Positions 1 through 12,388 of a DNA stretch of 62,000 nucleotides are shown here, piece by piece. The position numbers and the translations under genes are program-made. Positions within the stretch are counted from its first letter, which is position 1. Every line of letters starts with the position of its first letter. This stretch comes from Wallemia ichthyophaga EXF-994. Taxonomy: Eukaryota; Fungi; Basidiomycota. Where the stretch lies: positions 120,001-182,000 of the forward strand of contig NW_008806292.1 in the NCBI RefSeq assembly GCF_000400465.1. The letters are read 5' to 3'. Below the pieces are notes generated by a model. That model was not told the DNA's origin. It saw nothing but the letters and a program-made list of their open reading frames with translations, and did not search any database.

Positions 1-1334
1 GCTCTAGTGAGTCTGTTTCCAATACGCATTCTAAACAAATCCTCCGGAAGTAAGTCGATCTGGCCTGCCTGAATCATTGGGTGGTTCGAATCAATGAACG
101 GACCAAGCTAATGCTATAATCAGACGAGTAAAGTATTGCGAAGGTCTTTTACGTACCAAAACGAGAACATCCGGTTGTCTCTTTTCAACTTGACTCATCA
201 GAGCGTCAAATGGCTCGTAATTGAGGTTGTTGTCTATTGTGAAAGGACCTGTAGCAACCATTACTGACATTGGAGAAGAGCCCAAAGAGTCCGTGGAGTG
301 CTGCATTTCTAATAGCTCAGTTGAATGAGTCTTTACAGCACTCAATGGCGGCATCTACGCTGTATGTTAGCAAAACAAAGAGTATTTCATTAGACATACG
401 GTGAATATTTCTTCGACACCAAAGTATCCTGCGCCTCTATTAGAGCCCAAAACACCGATTATGCGACCAGGGAACAAGCGAATGCCCTTACTGCCTTTAG
501 GTACACCTCTTACTTTGCACTCGTTTGAGAAGCGTAAAGGTATTCTAGCGCCGCTGCCTAAGGTCTTTGAAGTTTCGAGAATGACACTATCGTCGCTGAG
601 CTTTGTTATGTCACTTTCTTTGCAAATTCTTCCGATACAGATTCTTTGTGACTTGAGGTGGGGTTAGTTAGGGAGATTCTGAGGATGAAACATACCATAT
701 TAACTATACTTGGGTCACCAATTTCGAAATTAGGTTCACCTTTGAAGAGGTCTTTCACTCTGTTCGCGAAATAATCGATACGCTCATCAAGTACGGCTGA
801 GCGCTCAGAGAGCTTCTCGAACATGTATCTATACTTGAATTTGTTTAAGGAGACAGCAGACATGAGGTTGACGCGTGGTTCTAAGCCGGAGTACTTTGGA
901 GCGAGATTGAGGTGACCATTGAAGGTATTGACGATAAGGTCTGGGTTCTTGCGTAGTGCAAAGTGGTTATGTGTGGGCTTTGGAGTGCTATCGTTGGAGT
1001 GATTAGAAGGGGTGAGTGGGGATTGATTGGACTGAGTGGATTTCAGCGGCGTTGATTGCTGATTGACCCTCTTTTTCAAATTGAGTGAATGATTCTTCAC
1101 CGGAGTACTCTGTGCAGCCTCAGATCTCAATTGAAGCTTAAAATTGCGTAAATTTGAAACATTAAGATTCTTGTCGATGCTGTTATTTAATATAAATGAT
1201 TCCCACTTAAAGTAAAGTTCTTCTGGCGGTAGATTGTGTATTTTGCAGGTGGAAAGTAATTCAAGGCTTAAGTTTTCATCTGAGGTATTGAATAGCTTGG
1301 ATATGCTGTGGCTGTGGCTATTGGTGGATGTCAT
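1..1334 (-). CDS. POL12: DNA polymerase alpha/primase subunit B, multi-exon, 3' end runs off the window start
   Basis: ORFs 606-1334 and 91-354 carry Pol alpha B motifs (YRYMFEKLSERSAVLDERID; VATGPFT..LNYEPF..L; PDVLVL). After an intron the frame continues as LGPFIDSNHPMI to base 1. Confidence 0.92.
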
Positions 1335-1366
1335 TGTTGACTTCTCGATGAATGTCGTCTAAGAAG

Positions 1367-1383
1367 ACGCGTATGAAACGCGT
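1367..1383. promoter_or_regulatory. Two MluI cell-cycle boxes (ACGCGT) upstream of POL12
   Basis: ACGCGT at 1367-1372 and 1378-1383, 33-49 bp upstream of the POL12 ATG. MCB elements are the established G1/S element of fungal replication genes. Confidence 0.65.
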
Positions 1384-1451
1384 AAATCAAGATACAAATA
1401 TAATTTATTCTTCATTTCGTACAACATATTCAAATTCTATCTCCATTTCAT

Positions 1452-1847
1452 TCAAACTTCTCCAGATCCTCTCCTTTCCCTAGGCAGCTGTCCTTGATTT
1501 GGTGAAGAAGACAAATTATTCGAATTTGAAGCGGGGGAAGAGTGAGGAATGCTATTTTAGTTTATATGAATCATTTTGAATATAACTAGACACAAACTCA
1601 CGTTTCTGGTTTGGGTATAGCCGTACCAACTGGCTGTGATGATGTCTTTACGCCTGCTTGCTCCATTGCATAATCACCACTATCAAAGTATTGTCTGCCT
1701 TTGTTTGCGCCTGTGTATTTTTAAATTGTGTGCACACTCCTCGTTATCAGTTAACCAACCTAGCAATGCACCCGGTGCGCCCTTCTTCGGCTTCAATTGT
1801 CCAAACTTTGATTTCAATTGATCTTCTTGGGCTTTGATGTCACTCAT
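1452..1847 (-). CDS. Endosulfine/Igo1-family PP2A-B55 inhibitor, 3 exons (alternative upstream ATG at 1898)
   Basis: Splicing GTTGGT..ACAG (about 1761-1714) gives ...GALLGANKGRQYFDSGDYAMEQAG, the FDSGDY Greatwall/Rim15 site. A second intron starts GTGAGT near 1601; the last exon ends at TGA 1452-1454. Confidence 0.85.
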
Positions 1848-2015
1848 TCTGTGATTCTGTTGATTCCGTCGTTTCTGTTGATTGTTCGTGGTCATCATAC
1901 GTCATGCGTAATTAACTATACACGGCAATTTTGAAAATTAATTTATTAAGTAAAAACGCAATCTATTATACAAAACGCTATACAAGCAACTCTAGGCTAC
2001 ATATTCTCAGCCTAT

Positions 2016-4120
2016 TCAACTCTTACTAGTCACTCCCGCTGACGACACCTTCTTTGACGGCGTCTTGCTTACTGATTTATCTCCATACTTTAATAATTGA
2101 TATAAAGAAGATATTTGATCTGCCTGTTTTGTCATGTGAGCCTTGAGCCCTGAGCCCGCGTTATTTCCTATGACCTACCTTTGACTCAAGCACACTTATC
2201 ACTTGATGTAAATGCTGCGTCAGCACTCTCCTCTTTGGTGCATTTGATGCTGGGTCAAGCACTTTGAATTGCTCTGACATTTCTCCGTATATTCCCTTGT
2301 AGTGTGCAAAGTCATCTTCCAACTCTCGAACTACTCTTGCCAATACCGTTTGTGGCGGTACCTTGCTTTCCCAACCCGAAGAGCTCTTCCCTATACGCTC
2401 AATCAAGCCTTCGACGAAGCCATCATCGCCCACTTTCTGCTCAACCGGCGTTGGTGGTGGTGCTACGCCGGACGTCCGTCTTGCAGACTTCGATGTAGAC
2501 GCAGGTAATGACCAATACATCCCCACCTTGTCTTTTGATCCACGTTTCGATGTCTTGGGTGTGGCTGTTGTTGAGTTTTCGTCGACATACATTCCAGCCA
2601 CCTCCTTCTCCTTTTTACTCCTATCAAACTCTTCTCTTCTCCTCTCTTTACTATGCTCTGTTGTCTCTGTGGATGGATGCGAACGTGCTGCTCTGTCTCT
2701 TGTTGGCGAAAAGAAAGAGCCTGGTGCTGGATCAGAGCGGAGATGAGCGCCGAATGGCCTGAGGACGAGTTTAGGTGGTGCTTCATCTGTCCCTTTCTCG
2801 TACGAGTTGTGCAATTTGTGCAAAGCCTGACTTTCTTTCTCTTTTTCTTTCTCTTTCTCTTTTTGTCTTTCTTTCTCCTCAATTCTTTCTTTCTTTCTCT
2901 TTTTCTTTCTCTTTTTCTTTCTCTTTCTCTTTTTGTCTTTCTTTCTCCTCAAGTGCTTCTCTTTCGCGGATCGCTTCTTTCTGAAGTACCTCTCTTTCAC
3001 GCTGTGCTTCTCTCTGCTCAAAAGCCTCTCTCTCACGCAGAGCTTCTCTCTCCCTAAGTGCGTCTCTCTCCCTAAATGCTTCTATCTCTTTCCGTGACCT
3101 CTCTTCTTCCTTCTCCTTACCCTCGTTGAGCGCTCTCCACAACCCGTCGACATCCTTGTTGAGTTTGGTGACTTGTCCGTTAAGCCAACCGATTTCCCTA
3201 TCTTTATCGACGAGTTTCGCTTCGTTTGCGCTGCCGTCGCTCTTCAGTTCGTTGATTACTTGGGCCTGTGTGTTGAGATCGCTCTTGAGGTTTTCCACTA
3301 AGCTGCGCAGTGTCTTGGCCATCTCCTCCAGTGCTCTCTTCTCCTCAGCCAAAGCCGCATACCTCGCCTGCCAATGCTGTTCAATTTCGTGTGCACTCTC
3401 TTTTTTCGCGCGCGCCGCTTCTCGTCTGGCTGATATCAACTCCTCCTCCAATTCCTGTGCGCGTTGTCTCGTCTGGGCGTTCTCCGCATTGAGTGCGCCC
3501 AATTTATGTTCGAGGTTATTTATACTGCTGAGGATTACTTGCTCATCCTCTCTGCCCAATTTAGTGCGTTTTGAAGACAGCAATTTGTGTGTATCGCCTG
3601 CCTTATCCGGCGACGCAGTTGCATAAGTGAGACCTGTGATATCAGGCAAGCGAGCACCATCCATAGTCCTGCTATGGTTAGGCTCCTCATACGTGCTACC
3701 ACCGAAGCGTGATGGGTTAAATGGCGATGGATTGACTGGCTTGTTGCTTATTAGTCTGTCTAGCTCTTTACTGAGGAGTGCGCGTGAGGATGTCGTCGGT
3801 GCTGGTGTACTGCCATTCACTATCCCTTTCAGAGGCGTGTCACCTGTGGGATGTCCCTCTGAGCCTTTCGACGGCGTGTATTCGTAGTCGTTGCGACCGT
3901 ACTCGAGCGAGTAATCGTCGTATTCGTCATAATCCACGTCTTGTAATGTGAATCCTTCGAGCTGGTGGCGCAAACTCTGCTCAGCTCTCATCCTGTCTCT
4001 CTCTTCCTCTGCAAACTGGATCGTCTGCTGTCCAGGCGATGTGAGCGATGATTGTCGACTGTGCGACGTGTGCGAACGCGGTGTAGGTGATGGACTGGCT
4101 GGTGGTGATGGCTTGTACAT
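2016..4120 (-). CDS. Spindle pole body protein, Ppc89/Cep57-related, with an apparent frameshift near 2883-2901
   Basis: N-part has LPDITGLT and a coiled coil (ORF 2879-4120). C-part has the Cep57 microtubule-binding motif PPQTVLARVVRELEDDFAHYKGIY (ORF 2161-3036). A final exon ADQISSLYQLL follows a GTAGGT..ACAG intron. The two long ORFs are in different frames. Confidence 0.8.
2832..2952. repeat. Perfect 51-bp direct repeat (2832-2882 and 2902-2952, period 70 bp) in a CT-rich microsatellite encoding EKERQKEKEKEK
   Basis: Both copies read tttctttctctttttctttctctttctctttttgtctttctttctcctcaa. Confidence 0.9.
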
Positions 4121-4442
4121 TTTTGTTGGTAGATTTTCTACCTCGTCGTGGATCCTTCACGTTTTTGATATGATGGAGACGGTCTGAAAACGACGCGATG
4201 TATTTCACCTGCCAAATTTGGATTTAGGTTGGGTACACGTGATTTATATTTGCTTGTCGTCTGTATATCCTTATACGCATGGCTATCCTTCTAGCCTTCT
4301 GCCTTGGTAAAAGTCACTCTCCCCGCTGCTGATCCGAGCTGATCCACCAATCCACCAAATACCTCAATTACTTGTAAAATTCCATTTAATTATTTATATT
4401 TACATGCAAGAAAGATTTATATCATTAACCCACTCCTTCTTC

Positions 4443-7400
4443 TCACCATGAAGCAGCAAATCTTGTGTTTCCTGGCTCAGTTGAAAATGCACCGTCCAGT
4501 ATCTTCTGTATTTCAGCCAAATGCACTGCCTTGGATCCTGTCGCTACCGAGCTAGATGGATCTCTACCCACATACTGTGGCCAGCGTTCCGAGTGATGCT
4601 TCGTTTGCTTCACCAACGTAAGCAATCTTTGTGAAACATATGACCACGCTCCATTGTTCAATGGCTCTTCCTGACACCAAGTTATTTCAGCATTAGGGTA
4701 TTTATCCAAGTGCTCTCCAATCAAGTCATATGGGAATGGTGAGATTTGCTCTACTCTTGAAATCGCTACATCATAAGCTTGTCTTTCTTCCCTCTCCTTG
4801 TAGAGTGTGTGGTACACTTGTCCTGAACACAATATATGCTTGCGTACTTTCTCAGGCTCGACCATCTTTTCATGATTTTCTGGCAGATATCTCTCAAATT
4901 GAGTCTGACCAGTCATTTCACTCAATTCTGAACGCGCCATAGGATGACGGAGAAGCGATTTGCTGAAGAAGAGAATGAGTGGTTTACGGAAGTCTCTGTG
5001 GACTTGACGTCTAAGAACGTGGAACTAATCGAGGTCAGCTTAGGCGTATGATTAACAATATTTACCCACGTAGTTCGCTGGCGTGGTTGGGTAGACAACC
5101 TGGATGTTACAGTCTTGATGCTGACGAGCCATTTCCTCCTCTGTTGGTACCTTAAATGGACTGTCATCAGCCAACTGCAAGAATCTTTCTATTCTACCAC
5201 TTGAGTGCTCTGGTCCTTGTCCATCGTAACCGTGAGGAAGCGACATAACTAAACCACTACGCTGAAGCCACTTACGCTCACCCGATGCAATGAATTGATC
5301 GATAATACACTGAGCGTTGTTAGCGAAATCACCAAACTGTGCCTCCCAAATGGTCAAGTTGTCTGGTGACACAAGTGAGTAACCAAGTTCGTAACCAAGA
5401 GCACCAAATTCAGAGAGTGATGAGTTACAGACGACAACTCCCGCCTGTCTGCTACCAAGATGGTTTAGAGGCATGTACAGTGACTCATTCTCCTGGTCAA
5501 CCAGTATAGCGTGTCTCTGTGAGAAGGTACCTCTTTCGACATCCTGTCCAGATAATCTGACGTGTATCTTCTCAAGTGCTAATGAACCAAGAGCTAATGA
5601 CTCGGCAGTTGACCAATCAATACCCTTTCCTTCCATAACCATCTTACCGCGATTGTTGATAATTCTGGCCAAGTTCTTGTGTGGTGTAAATCCATCTGGG
5701 AAAGTTGAGATAACTTTGCCAATGTTCTCTAATGTCTCTTGCTTCACGCCCGTGGCTGCTGTTGGGAGCACTCTGGCAGCGAGATCATCAGGTGAGGGGA
5801 AACCCTCCCAAGATGAACTCAACCATTCACGACCATGAGGTTTGTAATTGGTGGCGTTGTTAAATGCACCCTCGAGCTTTGACCAGACTGCCTTACGATG
5901 CTCTTCCATTTGCGTCTCGGTGAAAGCTTCTTCTTGTTGAAGTTGCTTGACGTACTTTGAGAGAGCAGTTGGTTGCTTGGCGATAGCCTCGTACATGACT
6001 GGCTGAGTGAACGAAGGTTGGTCTGATTCGTTGTGACCGTGCTTTCTGTAGCAGACCTGATTAATTACAACATCCTTCTTAAACTTGGCTCTAAAGTCTG
6101 CAGCTAATTGGAACACGAAAGTGATTGCTTCAGCGTTGTCACCGTTGCAGTGGAAAATTGGCGCATCAATAGACTTAGCGATATCTGTTGGGTAGGCAGT
6201 GGAACGAGAGTCTTGCGGATCAGTAGTGAAAGCAACTTGGTTGTTGACAACAACGTGGATGGTACCACCAGTACCATAGTTAGGCAAGTTGACCATACCA
6301 AGGGTCTCGTAAACGATACCTTGAGCGGCGAAAGCACCGTCACCGTGCAAAAGTAACCCGAGTGAAGAATCACCCTTACCTTCATCGCCTTCTATGTGTT
6401 GCAGAGCACGAGTCTTACCTAAGACAATTGGGTTCTCAGCCTCCAAGTGAGATGGATTGGCTACGAGAGACAAGTTGACTTTCTTTCCTGATGGTGTAGG
6501 ACGAGTGTAGTTGGCACCCAAGTGGTACTTGACGTCACCACCGCCAGACTGAGTGTCATCGTTTGCACCAGTGAATTCGTTAAATATGGCTTCAGAAGGC
6601 TTTCTGATGACGTTGGAGAGAACGTTAAGACGACCACGGTGAGGCATACCGATGGTGATGTGTTTCGTGCCGTGATCGACAGCTCTATCAATGAGAGCCT
6701 TCATACCTGGAATGAGAGACTCAGCACCCTCCAAACCGAAACGCTTTTCATTAGGGAATTTGGCAGCAATAAATTGTTCCCAGCTGGTCGACCACAAGAG
6801 TCTGTCGAGAATGTTGCTCTTCTCTTCAATATTGTATCTCCAAGGGTGAGGAATTTCAACTCTCTTACGCATCCAATCACATTGATCTTTGTCTGGTATG
6901 TGAATGTATTGAATACCAACTGGACCGCAGTAGATTTGCTCGCAAGTGTTGATGATTTCGCGCAAAGACATTTTGTTCCGTCCGTCGATAGCGAAACGAG
7001 GGAGAATACCAGGGCCCAAGCTAATCTGGCGATCCAAATCACGTTCAGACCAGCCGTAGTTCTCAATCTTAAGCTCAGCTGGGGCCATATTGGTTCTATC
7101 AGTTTGGGTGAGATTGAGTGGGTCTAAGCTAGCGAGGTGGTGACCACGGACTTGGTAGGCGCGGACAAGAAGTTGAGCCTGTGGTTGGGCATAAGAAAGG
7201 CTGTGCTGTGGATTCTCAACCCACCTTCAAGTGATCGCCTAAATCGGTATGCTTGGGAGAACCGGCAGATTCAGCCAGAGCACCCGCCAATTTTGGTGGA
7301 GGCACAAAAGCCTCAGAAGGGTCCACGCCATTCTCTAAAGCTTCGAAGTAGGTGGCGAATGACGGATGCACAGAATTGCCGTCTTGCCTCCACGAACCGT

Positions 7401-7560
7401 AGGCAGCTTCGAGGTAAGCGTGATCGAGCCCAGACGTGGAGAAAGCATCAAATGGAGCCGGTGGCTGCTTGAGTGGATCTTGGTAGAGCCTGATGGAAGT
7501 GGATAGCAGCCTCCTACTGCTAACTCTGCTGCTTAACAGCGATCTGCGTAACGGGAGCAT
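4443..7560 (-). CDS. KGD1: 2-oxoglutarate dehydrogenase E1 component, mitochondrial
   Basis: Motifs AYQVRGHH (after intron), [55 protein letters not shown]. Introns near 7170-7215 and 5020-5070; Arg/Ser-rich presequence. Confidence 0.97.
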
Positions 7561-7781
7561 CTTGGGAGTTTGAGATCAAGGGAAGTTTGGTATTTCTGCA
7601 GTGGCTGTTGGCGAGATGTGATTGGGTGTAAGATACATCGTACAATATTATGTAATAGAATGGCTATACGCCCCTGCACCGTGGTTCTTCTGCGCCAGCC
7701 AGAGTGCACTACAGCCATCAGAATTTGTCTAGTAAGAATGCTATTAATTACCTGTTTATAAACTACAATACTGCCTAGTAA

Positions 7782-8748
7782 TTAGAATGTGTGTGTCTTG
7801 TATGACTTGTAAATCTCCCAAGGCAGCTTCCAGTATTTCTGCTGGAGATGCACGTTGAATGGATTGAAGTCGTATTTCTCCAATCGATTGAGGTATGACT
7901 GTGGAGGCACGGCACTAAGAAACACCGGCATGAGCTGCTTCCTTATCCCGCCTTTGAGTAGACTTCGAGCAGCGATCAATTGGTCATTTGCTTCAGTTGC
8001 GAATTCGAATGTGGCATCAGAGAGTCTGTTCGCAGATTCCCCATCTATTTTATCTAGTTTGCGCAGGACTTCTTCCTCCACAACGCCATGATTAGCCGTG
8101 ATATCCGAAGGTATAACCAGTCTACCTTTGGCGGCATGATAAGGGAGTGCCCTGAGCAGCGTAGAGAGCCCTATACTCTTGCCAATGTGGCTCAATGCTA
8201 TTTGATAGTTTTCTTTCTCGAGCTCGTCGATTTCCGTCAGCTGAGGCAGAAGCAGTTCCAGCTGGAGATGCAAAAGAGAAGATTGCGTCAACTCCAATAC
8301 TGTCCCGAGGCCTTGAAGGTCCCTTGGAGTTTCAATACTTAACTCACGCTCCCTTCCCTCGATAACGTTGATGAAGGACTGCCTGGGGAGTTCGTACCTC
8401 TGCACAGACTCGAAGAGAGCTGTGGCTGTTGGCTCCTTTGTCATCTTGCCTTTGTAGATGTTGTTAATAGCGTCTTTCCAGAATTGCATTCTCATAGCAG
8501 CAATCATGTCTTTACTTGTGCTGTCTCTGGGGGCGTATGGTTATTTGTGGACTTAAATTACGTATTGAAACCCACTTGATCGTCGCCAGCTCAATATTCC
8601 AGGCTTTTAAAGCAAAGTAATCATCTTGTGCGTATCTGGGGTAGAAATAGCCACAGAGATGGGCGGAGTAGTCAAATCTCCTCACATTATTCTTACAATA
8701 GCTTGCTGCCTTTGAAATTTCGTTGAGCCTGAGCAGAGAAGGCCTCAT
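7782..8748 (-). CDS. NDUFAF6: Complex I assembly factor NDUFAF6 (squalene/phytoene synthase fold)
   Basis: YCKNNVRRFDYSAHLCGYFYP..YFALKAWNIELA; RMQFWKDAINNIY; RLEKYDFNPF. One intron near 8510-8560. Confidence 0.9.
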
Positions 8749-8881
8749 TTGGTGATAGCGTTGTGTTGGAAGCGTTGGAATGACTTGTATAATAATTGAT
8801 AAGTCCCAGAAGTCTGATAAAACGCCAAATTAGGCGCTCTTTTAGGATTACATATTGAATGGCCCTTTCAACCGTGCCACC

Positions 8882-9733
8882 ATGTTTCCCACTAGAGCCA
8901 ATCTACTCAGAGCGAGCAGCAGAGTTGACATCAACGTATTAGTACCAATAAAGCGCTGCATAGACTACGCTGTGAAAGTGCGCGTTAATCCAGATGGAAA
9001 AGGTGGGTGATTCGAGTGCTGTGGTGGGCTGGCTGACATGCTCGTGGCAGGCGTGGACAACACAGTCAAGCACTCGATGAATCCTTTCGACGAGATCGCC
9101 GTAGAGGAAGCTATAAGGCTGAGGGAGAAGAATAAAGACCTCGTTGACTCCATCACCGCTATCACTGTCGGGCCACAGAAAGCACAGGATACTCTGCGTA
9201 CAGCACTCGCAATGGGCGCAGATAAGGCAATTCACGTACAAGTCGGTGACCAGCACAACGTAGAGCCATTGCAAGTCGCAAAGACTCTCAAACACTTTAT
9301 CAATAGGGACAAATTTGAATTGGTTTTGATGGGCAAGCAGGCTATAGATGGCGATGAGAACGCCACGGGTCAAATGCTCGCTGGTTTGCTCGACTGCGGT
9401 CAGGCTACATTTGCGTCATCACTGCAAATTGCAGATGGAAAGGCAACAGTCACAAGAGAAATCGACGGTGGATTGGAAACAGTCCAGGGTAACCTCCCAA
9501 TGATAGTTACTACAGATCTCAGATTGAATGAGCCACGCTACGCCTCACTGCCAAATATCATGAAGGCTAAGAAGAAGCCAATTGAGAGCGTCAAAGAGAC
9601 AGAGCTTCCATTCGATTTGAAGAACAGACTCGAGACTGTCAAGGTGGCTGAGCCTGCCCAGCGCACCGGTGGTCAGAAGGTCGACAGCGTGGACGACGTT
9701 GTGCAGAAGATGAAAGAGAAAGGACTGATTTGA
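8882..9733 (+). CDS. CIR1: Electron transfer flavoprotein beta subunit
   Basis: Exon 1 has VLVPIKRCIDYAVKVRV. After an intron: SMNPFDEIAVEEA, GKQAIDGD, TREIDGGLE, DLRLNEPRYASLPNIMKAKKKP. Confidence 0.95.
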
Positions 9734-9854
9734 GTATCATGTAATATAACCAGCTAGATTTACATTTTTAGTTTTAATATTCCTACTTATCTTTAATTCC
9801 GCTGTGTTTTGATGACTTCCTTTTCCACCACTTAGACGCGTAGAACGACGTGTT

Positions 9855-12351
9855 ATGACCAGCGTTATAGAAAGATCAAGGGGATTTGGACACTCCAGAT
9901 CAAATTCGCGTTCTCATTCCCATTCCGAGGAAAGGCAGTGGGAGACTGTCCAAGCTAAAAGTCCGTGTCCGTTTTCAGTGGATTTCCCAGTTACCTGATA
10001 CCCCACAGCTTTCATGAAATGGCTCAATACCAAACTGGAAGCTTGCAGTATTGAGCCAATGACTGATCTCGCTCGAGATCTGAGCAATGGCGTTAGACTG
10101 ATTCAACTTATGGAGATAATGGGTACGCGGCGTTGAAGTGTGAAAAACCCACTAAGCAGAGCCGCAGGTGACGTGAACCTTGGTAGATACAACGTCAACC
10201 CTCGTATGCGCGTACAGAAAGCCGAGAACGTCACCAAAGCACTCGACTTTATAAGGTCGCGAGGGATCGTCTTGACGAATATTGGTCCGGAAGGTACGTC
10301 TCTGTGTTTTCGTTACAACTTACCCATCCTCACAATTTTCACAACTTCAGACATAATGGATCAGAATTTGAAGCTAATTTTGGGCATGATTTGGACATTG
10401 ATTTTGAGATTTACTATTGCAGAGATTAGGTGGGTCTTGGTTTCTGTTAGCAGCACAACTAAAACGTGTTTCTAGTGAGGAAGGTCTCCAAGCAAAGGAA
10501 GGATTGCTGCTTTGGTGTCAAAGAAAGACAGCGCCATATCAAGATGTAAACGTGGAGAATTTTACAAGCAGCTGGGTGGATGGCTTTGCATTGTGTGCTT
10601 TGATACACTGTCACAGACCCGATCTTCTCGATTATCACGCCCTAGATCCCGTTGATAGGTTCAGTAACACGAAACTCGCATTCGACATCGCGGAGCAGCA
10701 CCTAGGCATACCAGTGAGTTAATCTGTGCTATGTTTATCTCCCCACTAAGCACCTCACCACAGCAACTATTGGATGTCGAGGATCTGTGCACACGACCAG
10801 ACGAGCGTTCAACCATGACATATGTCGCATCGTATTTCCACGCCTTCTCATCAATGGATCGTCAAGAGACGAATGCCAGACGCGTAGCAGCATTTGCTGA
10901 CGTCATGGCTAGTGTATGGCAGGCATCCAATCGGTACGAAGTCAAGGTCAGAGCTTTGTTGTGGTCGCTCGAGCAGTTAAAAATTGAGTGGGGGAGCTCT
11001 CCGCCTGCAGACAGCTATGCAGATGTCAAGCTCCAGAGTGGCCAACTAGCAGAACACAAAAAGACAACAAAGAGAACTTATGTTTCTGAGAAGGCTGACT
11101 GTACCGCATTGTTTGGCAACATTCAGACAAAATTAAAGACTTATAAACTTCGTCCGTACGACCCTCCAGTCGGGGTGCGTTTAGTTGTGGGTTGTGACTT
11201 TCAAAGTTGGGTTTTGCTCACATCACTGCTTTCTAGGATCTTGACGAGAAATGGGCGATGATGGCTGAAGCTGAAGCAAACAGATCAAGAGCTATCAATG
11301 CTCGTATCAGAGATATCAAAGAGCTTTTGCGCAGGTCGTTTGCACAAGTAGCTAATTCTTTCGAGAGGTCCTTGTCTCGGATCACTGTTGCTATCGGTGA
11401 GCTGGACGGTAAATTAGAAGTGAGTTTTGTGCTTTATTGAAAATGCTGCTAATAATGCTCACAACACCTTAGTCACAGCTCACAATAGTAAAGGAACTTC
11501 AAGCAAAAATGGAACCACTGGCTCAACAGCTTCACGGCGGTTTGTACCTATTGGAGAGGGATTGTTTGGAAGCAAACATCGAAGAGAATGACTATACCAT
11601 CTTTTCTTTCGATGATCTTGAATTTGAGTTTGAGCTAGTGCAGCTTAATTTGAAGAACAAGTTTGCGTTCCTCGAGAACCAGGTGAGTGTACTTTGCTTA
11701 TTAAAAGCGTTGCAACATCTAATGACACCATAAGATCGTTTCTAGAGAGGCAAGCAATGTGACACCCGATAAGCTTGAAGAGTTTGGTACGTCGATGTCG
11801 TCAGGAACTCTTATGATCACATTCTTACGCAATGCAATCCACAAAAGAAAGCACATTCAGGTACTTTGATAGAGATGACAGTAATTGCCTTTCATATGGG
11901 GAATTTGGAGCAGCACTCGCAAGTCTTGGTATTACGTATCCAGTGTGTCAGATTATAAAAAGGCGGTCAAGTGAGCTAACAATCGATGTCAGGAGGATGA
12001 AATGGTAGAGATACACGATATGCTAGCAAAGGAGAGTGAACTGGATGGATATGTCAGTTTCAGGGAGTTTGTGAGGTACATGGTGGAGATAATGGAGGAC
12101 AGCACGGACAAGGATCAAGTGAGAGAGGCATTTGAAGGGGTGTCTGGGAACAAAGTGGGTGTGTAGACGAAGCAATGCGCCTAGCTCACTTTATTAAACA
12201 GCCATACGTGACGGAAGTGGATATCAAGCTATCAGCGTTGGGGGGACAGACGATGGAAAGCCTCAAGACGCAGCTGCCAGTGATTGAGGAAGATGGCGAA
12301 GAAGGATACGTGTATGACTATAACAAGTTTTTGGATGAACAATTCATGTAA
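9855..12351 (+). CDS. AIN1: Alpha-actinin-like protein, many exons (two CH domains, spectrin-like repeat, EF-hand)
   Basis: [13 protein letters not shown]; [28 protein letters not shown]; [12 protein letters not shown]; [16 protein letters not shown]; C-terminal EF-hand and YDYNKFLD. Confidence 0.92.
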
Positions 12352-12388
12352 ATTCTTTCAACCCGAACGACGATCAAAGAGACGGCGA

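Noticed and set aside
83-92. GGTTCGAATC, resembling a tRNA T-loop/B box
   Set aside because: No cloverleaf or acceptor stem around it; it is the antisense of POL12 coding sequence (FIDSNHP).
2302-3057. Long plus-strand F/L/S-rich ORFs that look like membrane proteins
   Set aside because: Antisense shadows of the purine-rich KE repeat in the Ppc89-like gene.
7560-7780. Possible TPP riboswitch upstream of the TPP-dependent enzyme KGD1
   Set aside because: The conserved CUGAGA and downstream aptamer motifs are absent; only a generic hairpin is present.
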